From positions 82,410,220-82,439,994 of the forward strand of contig JANKJI020000004.1 of the NCBI GenBank assembly GCA_024626585.2: 29,775 bases of DNA, read 5' to 3'. Below, one piece after another: positions 12,420 to 23,142 of the stretch. The DNA is from Ginkgo biloba. Its lineage: Eukaryota > Plantae > Ginkgophyta. A program made the translations under genes and the position numbers. How positions within the stretch are numbered: the stretch's first letter is position 1; every line of letters starts with the position of its first letter. Under the pieces are notes generated by a model, which saw only the letters and a list, made by a program, of their open reading frames with translations, searched no databases and was not told the origin of the DNA.

Positions 12420-13494
12420 TGTGATAAGAAGAAGATATCTTTGGGATAAATTTTGGTGTTATTAGTAATTGTTCATTGGAAAGAGGATTATTCCTTCCTA
12501 ACTTGATCGCGAAGTGATCAATGTAGAAGATAGGAGGTATAGGGATACCTCTTAACGCACCTCCACACATGATAAGTGTGTGTTTAATTATGTGTGCATA
12601 TGAAGGTGTGTGTGCCTATGCAGGAAACTTGAGAAATATATCAATTCATAACTATTTCTAGTGTGTATTTCTAGAAACAAACATGTACACTATGCGCATG
12701 GGTAAATAGTTCGTATGATATTCTATGTCAATCCTAATCCCTCAACAGTATGCACGGTGTAAGAAATATTAATGCAATGTCCCGCCCTTTTCACTTTCCT
12801 AAATGAATGTATGAATGATGAACGCAAGATTAGGCCCCTTCTTTCTTTTGATANNNNNNNNNNNNNNNNNNNNNNNNNNNNNNNNNNNNNNNNNNNNNAG
12901 GGAGACTTATAGGGTAAATCCTTGTTAAAGGGATCAAGAGGCTATGGAATCCTCAATTGAGCATAGTAGAATGGATCTTTGAGAGAGGATCTAGATGAGA
13001 TCAAAATCTCAATCCAGGTGTGTGGATGAAATGTGAGTGAGTGAGATTTATTCTTCATAGTATGGCATGCAATTAGAAAGGAAACAAAAGAAAAGGATAT
13101 AAATAATCCTTCACCCACTAAATGCTCATGAAAATAAGGGAAACCTTCCTCCTGATATGAAGAAGATTCTTTTTAGGGTAAGAAATACTTGTACCAATAA
13201 TTGAGAGGCACCCAACTAGGTTAGAGGGGATTTGCATCCTACATGACTTGAATTGGTGGCAAATATTTATGTGATGATATAGCCAGAGGTTTAAAGGGTT
13301 TAATAAATTATCAAATATAATTTATATAAATAATTAGATCTAATCTCCACAGTTTGGCAAGAGATCAATGTCTNNNNNNNNNNNNNNNNNNNNNNNNNNN
13401 NNNNNNNNNNNNNNNNNNNNNNNNNNNNNNNNNNNNNNNNNNNNNNNNNNNNNNNNNNNNNNNNNNNNNNNNNAAGGGTTAACCACTCTATACA
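12420..13494 (+). repeat. Putative 5' LTR (left end abuts a gap)
   Basis: Non-coding, begins TGTG right after the N gap, ends ...CTATACA two nt before a PBS. No second copy found in the window. Confidence 0.55.
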
Positions 13495-13496
13495 AA

Positions 13497-13507
13497 TGGT
13501 ATCAAAG
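13497..13507 (+). promoter_or_regulatory. Primer-binding site, tRNA-iMet (degenerate)
   Basis: CA-aa-TGGTATCAAAG vs consensus TGGTATCAGAG. Confidence 0.75.
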
Positions 13508-13576
13508 AATGATTGCTTGGTGATACTAGGGTTCCAAAATCTTTGATCTAGGGATCACCCAGTGGCCCTGTGATTT

Positions 13577-16500
13577 TTTACATTGTTAATTTTTCTTATC
13601 ATCTTTTTATTTTCTAACAAATGGTTATTTTAGTTTAGTTGAATGTATCACCTAATGGATAAAAATATCATTAGATATTATGGGTTCTTAGCATCCTAAT
13701 GGAGGAATATATCCCCTTGATCATCATGTGTTGACCTTGTCAAACCCTCCATCCTAGTTCCCCTTTTTCTTAAATTCTTGTATTACATTTTACCTTTAGC
13801 TAAGTGGCCCCTATAGTAGGATGATCCTCATAAATCATTATTTTTCCTTCCCCCCCCCAATTATTATTCCTCACTAGTTCATAGAGGGGATTCCTAGTAT
13901 GACCAAGCCCATCTAATATCCATGAGGAACCTTTTAGAAACTCTTAGCATCACCCCTTATAGATGTGTTAAGCCTTAAAATATACCTATTTTCCCTCTTG
14001 TTGATCTTTGTAGGGAATAAAGCAAGAAAAAAACACATAGAGGATACAATGAACTTGAAAGATTCTCTAAAATTCATATCTCATAGAATGTCATCAAGCC
14101 TTTAGAATAATACACAGTGAGATTTTGGGTTTTTGGAGTTTTAGGAAGCCAAGGTGAGCATGTCCAAAGTATTTTTCTAGAGAAATACTGAGATGCTGCA
14201 AACCCAAAATATCAATAGAATATAATGTAGAGAGGCACCGAGATTTTAAATACTCATTATAATTTCTTCCTTCAATCAATGAATCCTTTTGGGTTTTTAG
14301 AGGTATGATTTTTTAAATGACGCCTTCTCTCAAAAGGCCCATGACCCTGTGTATCTAGGGAAGAAGTGCATTCTAATTAAATGAAGTCCATATTTCTCAT
14401 ACAAGGCCTCACACTCTACCTTTTTCCAAGTAAATGACATTGATCCTAAAAGAATATTATTTGCAAAGGGGTGAAGTTTGAGTTTTCAAGAGTTAGGGAA
14501 ATTAGTGGAGCATGTCCAAGGTCATTGATCAATAAAACCTCGAAGTGTCGTAGACCCAAAAGTTGGTCAAATATAATTAAGAGAATCCCCAAGACCCCAT
14601 GATATGACTCATTCTATAATTTAATAGCATGTATCTAAGAGGATATTATGAAAGTGAATTTAACTTAGGTTGTAGAGTTCAGACTTTGAAAAAGGATGTC
14701 ATGCCTGATGTTTTAAACGAGTCAAAATCCCTGAAAGCCATAAACATGAGAGAAAATTAAAAAGCAGTACATAAAGGGGATGTCTTCTATTTTATTATTC
14801 TAAAATATAAGTGGAAAACACCCAAATTATTTTCTTTGAATAAATCCTAAGACTTTATAGACCCAAAAATAAAAGAAAAGGTAAATAAACCATGCACCCA
14901 CTCAAATTCAAAATTTAAGTGTTAAGTTTTGGGGAAATCTAGTGAGAAGAAATGAGGATCTTACATACCCCTTTAAAAATATTGAATTCCATAGACATGA
15001 ATGGAGAGGATGAATGGAATTCACTAGAGACTCACATATGGGCCTTGTAGGGGTGATGATCAGAGTTTGGGAGTTTGAGTTTTTCAGCTCATAAGGTATC
15101 AAAGGAAAAGACTATGCAATTGAAGATCCCTGAAGGAACAGTTATGTTGACATGTATGATGTTAGGACATGAAAGATATTATCTCATTTAATGTCCATGT
15201 TTGAGGTACAAGAAATAAATGTGATGGCCCTTCCACATGCTTCAAATCCAAATAAGGGTATGCATTCATGCCATNNNNNNNNNNNNNNNNNNNNNNNNNN
15301 NNNNNNNNNNNNNNNNNNNNNNNNNNNNNNNNNNNNNNNNNNNNNNNNNNNNNNNNNNNNNNNNNNNNNNNNNNATCTCACATACTTCTCATTATGCCTC
15401 AATATTTCTAAACCATTAGGTCATCCTTATAATACTCCTTTCATTTCCCTCTTGTGTATGTTTTAACCCATAAGTGGTCCCTCCTTCTCTTCATGTGGTT
15501 CTTTGTAGGTAATAAAGAGAAGGCTATCCAAGAGGTCAAGATGGAATTGAGGCGATGCTTCTAGTAAGGAAGAGAATGAAAGGGGCAAAAGTCATTAGAA
15601 GCCATAAAGAAATTAAAAATTCTCTAAAATTATCACTTTGTAGATATTGTTAAGTCTTAAAATAACCTATAGGAGAATCCTATGATGTAAGGTGTTTGGA
15701 CCCTTAGAGTGGCAAAGTCATCCCTTACTTGACAAGGGAGAAACATATTTGGAATGAGGGGGGTCATTGTTCCTTAGAGGTATCCATGGTCCTAATTTGA
15801 CTAGAGTAATTCTCTAGGTGAAGGTGAAGAAGGGAAAGATAAAGGGCCATCTTGAGTAGATGAGGGAAAAAATAAAAATATGGGATGACATCAAAAATGA
15901 AGAAAGATCGAGGTTTAAATTTTTAGAGGCCTAAAAAGCCAAGTTGAACATGCCTAAAGTCTTTTCCCAAGGAAATCCTGATGTGATAGCTATGGATCTA
16001 AAATTTCAATAAAATATAATGAAGAGAGGTGATCATACTTTAAAATCCCATTAGAAATTCTTCCTCAAATTAATGAAGCCTTTTGAGTTTTGAGAGGTCT
16101 AAGCTTTTAAATGATGCCTTCTCTTAAAAAATCCCAACACTTCATAGACCCAAAAATAAAAGAAAGAGTAATTAAGTCATGCACCCACTCAAGTATTACG
16201 TTTGATTTTTAGAGTTCCAAAAAATTTATTAAGCAGAGATGAGGATTTGGCATCCCCCTTCAAAATTCCTGAGCATCGCAGACCCAAGCTAAAAATTAAA
16301 GTCTAGTTAATCCAAAGATTCACTCCTGAGTTTCATTCTAAGATTTAGAACTTTGAGTTCTTAGGAGTTGAGAAGAGATAGGGTCCTCTTTGCAAAAGTC
16401 TCAAAGTTTCACAGGTGAATAAGGTTTGAGGTTTTAGAGTTTAGAATTTTGAGCTTGCTAACCCATGAGGTCTTAAGAGTAAAAATTACATATGTAAAAA

Positions 16501-17942
16501 TCCTTGAAAAGCATGTTATGATGACACATGTGCTACTATATCATGATCAATCCCATCTCACTAATGGCCCTTGATTCAAGATACAAGCGATTAAAGTGAT
16601 GGCCCTTCCACATGCTTCAAATCCAAATAAGGGTATGCATTCATGCCATAAAGTTAAGTGATGGAACCCACATTCAAGGTGTCATGTTGTTACTACTTAT
16701 GTGAGGCATAGGTGTTAGCTAGATATTCATTTCCACATTTACAAAATCAATTTAAAAATATCTCTTTAAGGGGATTCCATTAGTGTTTAAGCCTACTGTA
16801 GTGCACTTGAGCATTTTCGAGGAGGAGGGTTCGATAGGGTTGAAGGACAAAGATGTGTTGGAGTAAATATGGTAGTTGTCGAACCATATATGGGCCATAA
16901 AGAAGAGATTAAAGAGGAAAATATTACCATTATAAAATAGTTTTCAAGGATACTCTAAGCTCATAAACCACCAAGGGGAGAAAGGGATAAAAAGGTAAGA
17001 AGTTTTCATTATAAGGAAAGGGGTACTTCTATCGCAGGCTATCTATATTTTCTTCTACTAATCTTCATTTTTCCTAGTGTTCTTTGTCTGGTTATAATAT
17101 TGTAGTCATATATCAACATCAATAAGTAGTAAAATCTAGAGAATTGATCCTAAATAGGAGTTTTTTTGTTAATGAAAATAATATTTTTTAGCCTTATGTT
17201 TCTAGTTATGTTGTAAGATAGGTAATGGAATGATCATTTCTCATTAAATGAAATATTGTTGTTCTTTGATATTCATCTGGTGATGCAGTTGAGCACTAGG
17301 AATAAATAAGTTTGATACATTATTTTTCATGAGTATTCTGGTAATGCCATCTAGATAATTTGTGAAGTAATGTACCAGTCATTCCATGAAGCTAAAGTAA
17401 CCTGAAGAAATCTTACTTCTTGATATTTTCTTAAAAGGGTGTCTATATTCTATCCTTCTTAATAATTTTCAATATATCATGCCTTGTATTTGTGATTGAA
17501 GTTGAATTCTCTAGTTTTGCTATTGTATCATCTTCTTGAATGGATGCTCTATCCCCTACTCCATTTTATTCATTTCTTACCCTCTCGTGTACCATTCCTT
17601 TTTCTTCTTCCCTACCTTTCCATTAAGGTTGGGAGTCTAGTTATGTTATCGTACTATATTTTATATGGAAAGTCCTAGAAAATCTTTATTTTTCCTTCTT
17701 CCTTCTCCTCCATATCATTTATTTACTCTTTATGAGAGCCTACAAAAGTATTGAGCTGCAATTCTTATAAATATCCATTATGAATATTTCACCCCTTAAT
17801 GTACAACCTTTTTCATTTTATGGAATAAGGGAAACCTCACCCACTACAAAGAGGATTTATGCCTATTTCAATTGAAGTGTGAATGCTTGGGCTAGAGTCA
17901 ATTAACATATTGTAACACAAGAACATTATGACCCATCGACAA
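13577..17942 (+). repeat. Long internal direct repeat, copy 1 (homologous to 23143-26216); contains an internal tandem duplication
   Basis: Colinear shared blocks, e.g. ttagtttagttga, aatggataaa, aaggcctcacact.tacctttttccaagt, aatccaaataagggtatg, gtgcacttgagcattt, atgggccataaa, tatttactctttatgagagcc, aattaacatattgtaa. Confidence 0.9.
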
Positions 17943-18539
17943 AATTGATGACTTCATTGGGGACTGACATAAATACCAACACTTTAGCAATCACATGAAC
18001 TGAGAAAGTAAAGTTATATGAAGATGAGAGTGTTCAAGGAGAGCCTACACATGCAATCCTTTCAAAAGGTTTGTCTTTCCTTATGAAGTTTAGGATGAGT
18101 TGTTGAGAGTGTAGAGCAAGATGAAAAATTTAGGCTTGAGGTAGATTCCTCCCCTCTTACCTCTTATTTGTTCTCAATTTTTTCTCTTCCTTCTACATCA
18201 CAAAACTCTAGCTTAAATTTAAGGAGATATTCATCCATTCCCCATCAACATATTTTGGATCCCATGCATTCCAAGTTGAAAAGGGTAAGTTTGTCGCCTA
18301 GCTTATCTATTATTTCCCTTGTCCCTTGTTGACCCCTTAAAAATGCACCCATGTATTTTTTAAAAATATTTGGCAAAAAATATTTATCATAAGATCCTTN
18401 NNNNNNNNNNNNNNNNNNNNNNNNNNNNNNNNNNNNNNNNNNNNNNNNNNNNNNNNNNNNNNNNNNNNNNNNNNNNNNNNNNNNNNNNNNNNNNNNNNNC
18501 CTATGGGTTTTCTTCCAATGGTGTCTCTTGCATAATTTT

Positions 18540-19550
18540 TCCTTTTAGTATTTTATTATCTCATTACAATAATTGTAGCTATATGATAGTATTAGGAACT
18601 AAAGTTTTTAGAGAATTTATCTCAAGTGGGAGACATTTTATTGATGAAAATAAAGTTTTCAAGCTTACATTTCTAGCTATTTTATAATGTATGTTGGAAT
18701 CCACAATTCTAATTAAATGAAAATCTTGTTATTTCATATTATTTCATTTGGTGATGACATTAATATGATATGAACAAGTCTTAATGTATTATTTTATATG
18801 AGTGATATGGTTATTTTGTCTAGATAATTATAAATAAAGGCATTAAGCTAATCTTAGAAGTTATAGTGACATGAAGAAATCCCACCTTGATGGTTTTTCT
18901 TTAAAGGGTGTATGGAATCTATTGCTCCTAAAGATTGTTATTTAGTCATACTGGTGATTAAAATTTCGGGTCTAGTTATTCCATCATACCAATTTCAATA
19001 GAAATATGTTTTCACCCTTGTGTGTTGAATTTCTTATGTCTTGTTGGTGTGTTTGCTAATAAGGTTAAAGTTTCTGATTATACCATCGTATTAGCCTTTC
19101 CAGGTGGATGATCTTCCCTTTGTTACTATTTGCTATAGGATTTGTAGGGTCTATCCTATGTCATCATATCAACCCCATTAAGAACATATCTCTATCTCTA
19201 TTTTTCTCTAATACATATTCTTTGTTGTTTCATCTCACTAATTGAAGCTAGAGGGTCTAGGCATGCCATTATAATAGCTCCAATAACATATGCATACCCT
19301 ATTTTTTGCTAAGCAAGGCTGAAGGGTCTAGTCCATTCCATTGTATCAACCTCATTAGTAGAATATTTAGTCATTCTTCTTCTTCAATTCATCTATTTCT
19401 CCCTTGTCTTCTTCGTTTTTCTCATTTTTATTTTCTCTCTCTTTTATCAAAGCTAAACTTTACAAAATACGCAAGCCTTCTTTTTTTTAAATATCCATTA
19501 CAATACCATTTAATTATTTTTATCATTGTTTAATTATTTTAAAATAATGG
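18540..19550 (+). repeat. Third, more diverged partial copy of the distal block of the long repeat
   Basis: agagaatt.atc, atgaaaataaagtttt, tctagataatt, tgaagaaatc, aaagggtgt, taaatatccatta occur in the same order as in 17139-17780 and 25383-26055. Confidence 0.8.
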
Positions 19551-19713
19551 ATTTCCCCCTATAAGACAAAGAGCATAAGCTCCTTGTTATTATAGTGTGT
19601 TGGAACTTCTCTCTCTGTGCTATAGGTCAATGCCTTATCCATCCTTTCGCATAGGTACCAACATACACATCAACATCCTTATTCAAAACTTATAATAGAA
19701 ATTTTCTCGAGTC

Positions 19714-20278
19714 ATGGCTCAACCTTGGAGAAATCTTGGACCTTTGAATCAGGGTCCAATCTTGAACAAATTCTAGATAGAGCCTTAGATATATACCCTC
19801 ATTTTAAGTGGGATGGTTTAATTACTGGTGAATGGAATTTTTTACCTTTTCTTTATCCTATGAAAATCTAATTGTCACTTCCAAAAATATAGTAGTTTAT
19901 TTTCTCAAACTCTAGAGGAAGAAGTTATTTCTTGGTTCCAGTCTCTTCTTGTTGGATCGATTATAGATTGGGACATCCTACTTGTTGCCTTTAAAGAAAA
20001 ATATGAAACTATCAAAACCCCTACCACTTTGATGCAACAATTATCTCATATGAAAAGGGGGGTTAAGGAGTATGTAGTTGACTATAATCTATAATTAAAG
20101 GCTTACCAAGGTTTGTGATGTTATAGAATAGAAATATAGGCCTAATTCTGCTATTTTTTTTTATTGTTATATGGATGGTGTTGATGAATGTTTTAGTCAC
20201 ACCCGCAATGAAGCCGATAATTTGGGTGTTGCCACCCACACATTTTAGTGTTCCTGCTGGAAATAGAACACAAGGTAC
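19714..20278 (+). pseudogene. gag: Ty3/gypsy (Tat-like) gag, frameshifted
   Basis: MAQPWRNLGPLN...YPHFKWDGLITGE...FSQTLEEEVISWFQSLLVGSIIDWDILLVAFKEKY...LMQQLSHMKRGVKEYVVDYN (Retrotrans_gag pattern). Start codon is tentative. Confidence 0.85.
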
Positions 20279-20378
20279 NNNNNNNNNNNNNNNNNNNNNN
20301 NNNNNNNNNNNNNNNNNNNNNNNNNNNNNNNNNNNNNNNNNNNNNNNNNNNNNNNNNNNNNNNNNNNNNNNNNNNNNN

Positions 20379-23116
20379 CCATAAGGGAGATAGAGAAGTT
20401 AATTACACTATGTAAATAATATCAATAAATTTTTACTTGATCCTACCATGGTCTGAAGTTCTTTGATCCAAAGATTATACAATACACCATACCACTCAAA
20501 CCTAGGAGCAAACCATTCCAATAGAAATAAAGGCCAATGGACCCTAAAGTTAATGATATAATTTGGATATATGTACAAAATTTGAGAGATTAGAGTATTA
20601 TATTTCCTATAATACACTCCTCCTAGGTGGATAACATTATACTTGTTAGAAAGAAAATGGGAAAATATAGCTTTGCGTAGATTCTCAAAATCTAAACTAG
20701 GAATCTCTTCAAGATAATTATACACTTATAAGAATGGAGCAATTATTATAGATGGTGGATGATGTAGAAATTATGTTAATGCTTGATGGTTTCTCTAACT
20801 ATAATCAAGTATTAGTGGATGATGAAGATAGGTATAATACTACATTCACTACTCAGTAGGTAACATTTGTATATAAAAGGATTCCATTCAGTCTCATAAA
20901 TGCAGTAGCTAATTTTCAACAAGGTTTGAGTTTTCTCTTTGTCAAGTTAGTGGGGAATTATATTGATGTTTAAATGGATGATCTTATTGTGTNNNNNNNN
21001 NNNNNNNNNNNNNNNNNNNNNNNNNNNNNNNNNNNNNNNNNNNNGTAGAAAATTTGGTATATCCCTAAACCCAAAGAAAACTACACTTGGGGTCATCAAA
21101 GAAAAGTTATTGGGACACATTATCTCAAGGGAGGGTACATACATTGACCTAGATCAAATATTATCCATTAAAGAGATATCTCTTCCACTAAACAAGATGT
21201 ATGTCTAATCTCTCTTGAAAAAGATAAATTTCCTAAGGAGATTCATTCTTGATTTTACCAGAGTTNNNNNNNNNNNNNNNNNNNNNNNNNNNNNNNNNNN
21301 NNNNNNNNNNNNNNNNATTTAAATGGAATAAGGAGGAAAAGATCACCTTTGACGAGATCAAATAAGACATCACCCAAGCACTAATTATAGTTGGGACAAA
21401 TTTCTCAAAAAAAATCATAATATATTCTTACACTTTAGAAGGTTAATATACGACCATGTTGTTACAAGAAGATGGTAAGCGATAGGAAAGAATAATCTAT
21501 TTTCTTAATAGATCCTTAAGGAGTCATAAATTGAGGTACACTCCTATGGAGAAGTAATATTTTTCCATTGTCAAATCCATTGAATATTTTAGATCATATA
21601 TTATTCATAACCATATGGTGTCATATGTCCCCTTAGCACCTAGTAATGCAATGTTGAACCAACAAGAATTGATGGGTAAGTGGGATAATTTCTAATCTAA
21701 GATCTAAGAGTTCAACTTGGATGTAAATCCCATCAAAATTGTTAGAGGATAAGGCCTATATAAGTTTATCACATAATCTATGGATGATGAGATGGATCAA
21801 CATGAACATGATCATGGTCAAGTGATACACATCAATTTTGAGATATCTAACTGAGTCAATGCAAATTTTGACCCATTTCTTGTAAATATAGTGCATTATC
21901 TGAATCATGGAGTATGCCCTGAATCTTTAGAAAAGAAAAAGAAAATATATTTGGAGATAATATCGATACCTTATGTCCTGGTGAATGAGGACCTCTATAA
22001 GATAAATTATGATGGTGTTTTATTGAAATGTTTGAATAAAAAAGAAGCAACAGACGTCATGGAGGATTTTCATGCTAGAGTCTATGGTAAACATTTCTCA
22101 GTAGAGCCCACAACCCATAAAATATTAAGGGTAGGAATTTTTTGGCCAACCATATTTTAGGACTCTTTCAATGAAGTTAAATCTTGTGTTGCCTACCAAA
22201 CATTTATGGGTAAGCAGAAGTTATCCCATTGTAACCCATTTATGTGGAAACCCCTTTTAATCAATGTGGACTAGATTTTATTATCCCTATAAACCCACCT
22301 TCTAATAAGGGACATATTTACATACTCACAGGCATTGATTATTTTACCAAATGGCCTAAAGTTGTGCTCCTCAAGAAAGTTAATTCCTTAATAATCATTG
22401 AGTTTCTCAAACAAAACATCCTCTCTAGGTTGGGGTGCCATCTAAGTTGATTACTGATAATGCATCAATATTTGTTTCTTTTGAAATGATGGAACTTAGT
22501 AGTAAATATGGGATATTTATGGCTCCTACATTAAACTACTATCCCCAAGAAAATGGTCTTGCTGAGTNNNNNNNNNNNNNNNNNNNNNNNNNNNNNNNNN
22601 NNNAGACAACTGGATAAGTTGGCATCAAAAGTTATATTACACACTATGGTCTAATTGTACTACCCCAAAAGAAAGCTTGTGATACTCTCAATAGTTTCTA
22701 GTTTATGGAAAAGATGCAATTTTACCAGCAAACATCAAATTCCCTACCTATCATCTATTGCTCATGGGATGGATGAGACTATTTTGATAATTAAAAGAAG
22801 AGTATATAAGTTCTTGTATTTAGAATAAAGAAGAGAGTAAGATGCTTCATAGATCCAATAACACTAAAAAAGGATAAAGAAACATTTCGACAATAAATCA
22901 TCCTCTAAGAAGTTTTAGGTCAAAGATGTGGTGTTGGTGTGGGACAAAGACAAAGAAAAGCCAAGAGCACAAAACAAGTTTGACTCATTATGGTTGGGGT
23001 CGTTTACAATTTCACATAAAGTTGGAAAGAATGTATTCAAACTAAAGTATTTAAATGGAAATGAATTTTATATTCTAATTAATGGGTAGTACCTTAATCT
23101 TTTTCACCAATATTGA
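20379..23116 (+). pseudogene. pol: Ty3/gypsy (Tat-like) pol: RT - RNase H - integrase, degenerate
   Basis: RT: SYHGLKFFDPKIIQYTIPLK, LCVDSQNLN, LDGFSNYNQVLV, PFSLINAVANFQ, *MDDL, KLLGHIISREG. RH: RYTPMEK, I*EFNLDVNPIKIVRG*GL. INT: H..YGKHF..HKILRVGIFWPTIF..SCVAYQ, PFNQCGLDF, IDYFTKW, LITDNA, YYPQENGLAE, LVYGKDAILP, KFDSLWLGSFTI..ING*YLNLFHQY* (stop 23114-23116). No chromodomain. Confidence 0.96.
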
Positions 23117-23142
23117 TTCCTCATTAAGTATTGCATATATTA

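Noticed and set aside
16868-17130. Possible plus-strand basic + transmembrane (env-like) ORF, also at ~25110-25378
   Set aside because: Both copies share stops at equivalent positions; no recognisable env-like motifs.
17496-17678. Paralogous hydrophobic ORFs (17496-17678 and 25761-26009) as small membrane-protein genes
   Set aside because: Non-ATG starts, pyrimidine-rich strand that is naturally stop-poor, and similarity explained by the repeat; this is not the frame favoured by the motif analysis.
18971-19345. CRISPR-like repeat-spacer appearance
   Set aside because: Repeats are short and degenerate, spacers are long and variable, there are no cas genes, and the context is a plant retrotransposon.
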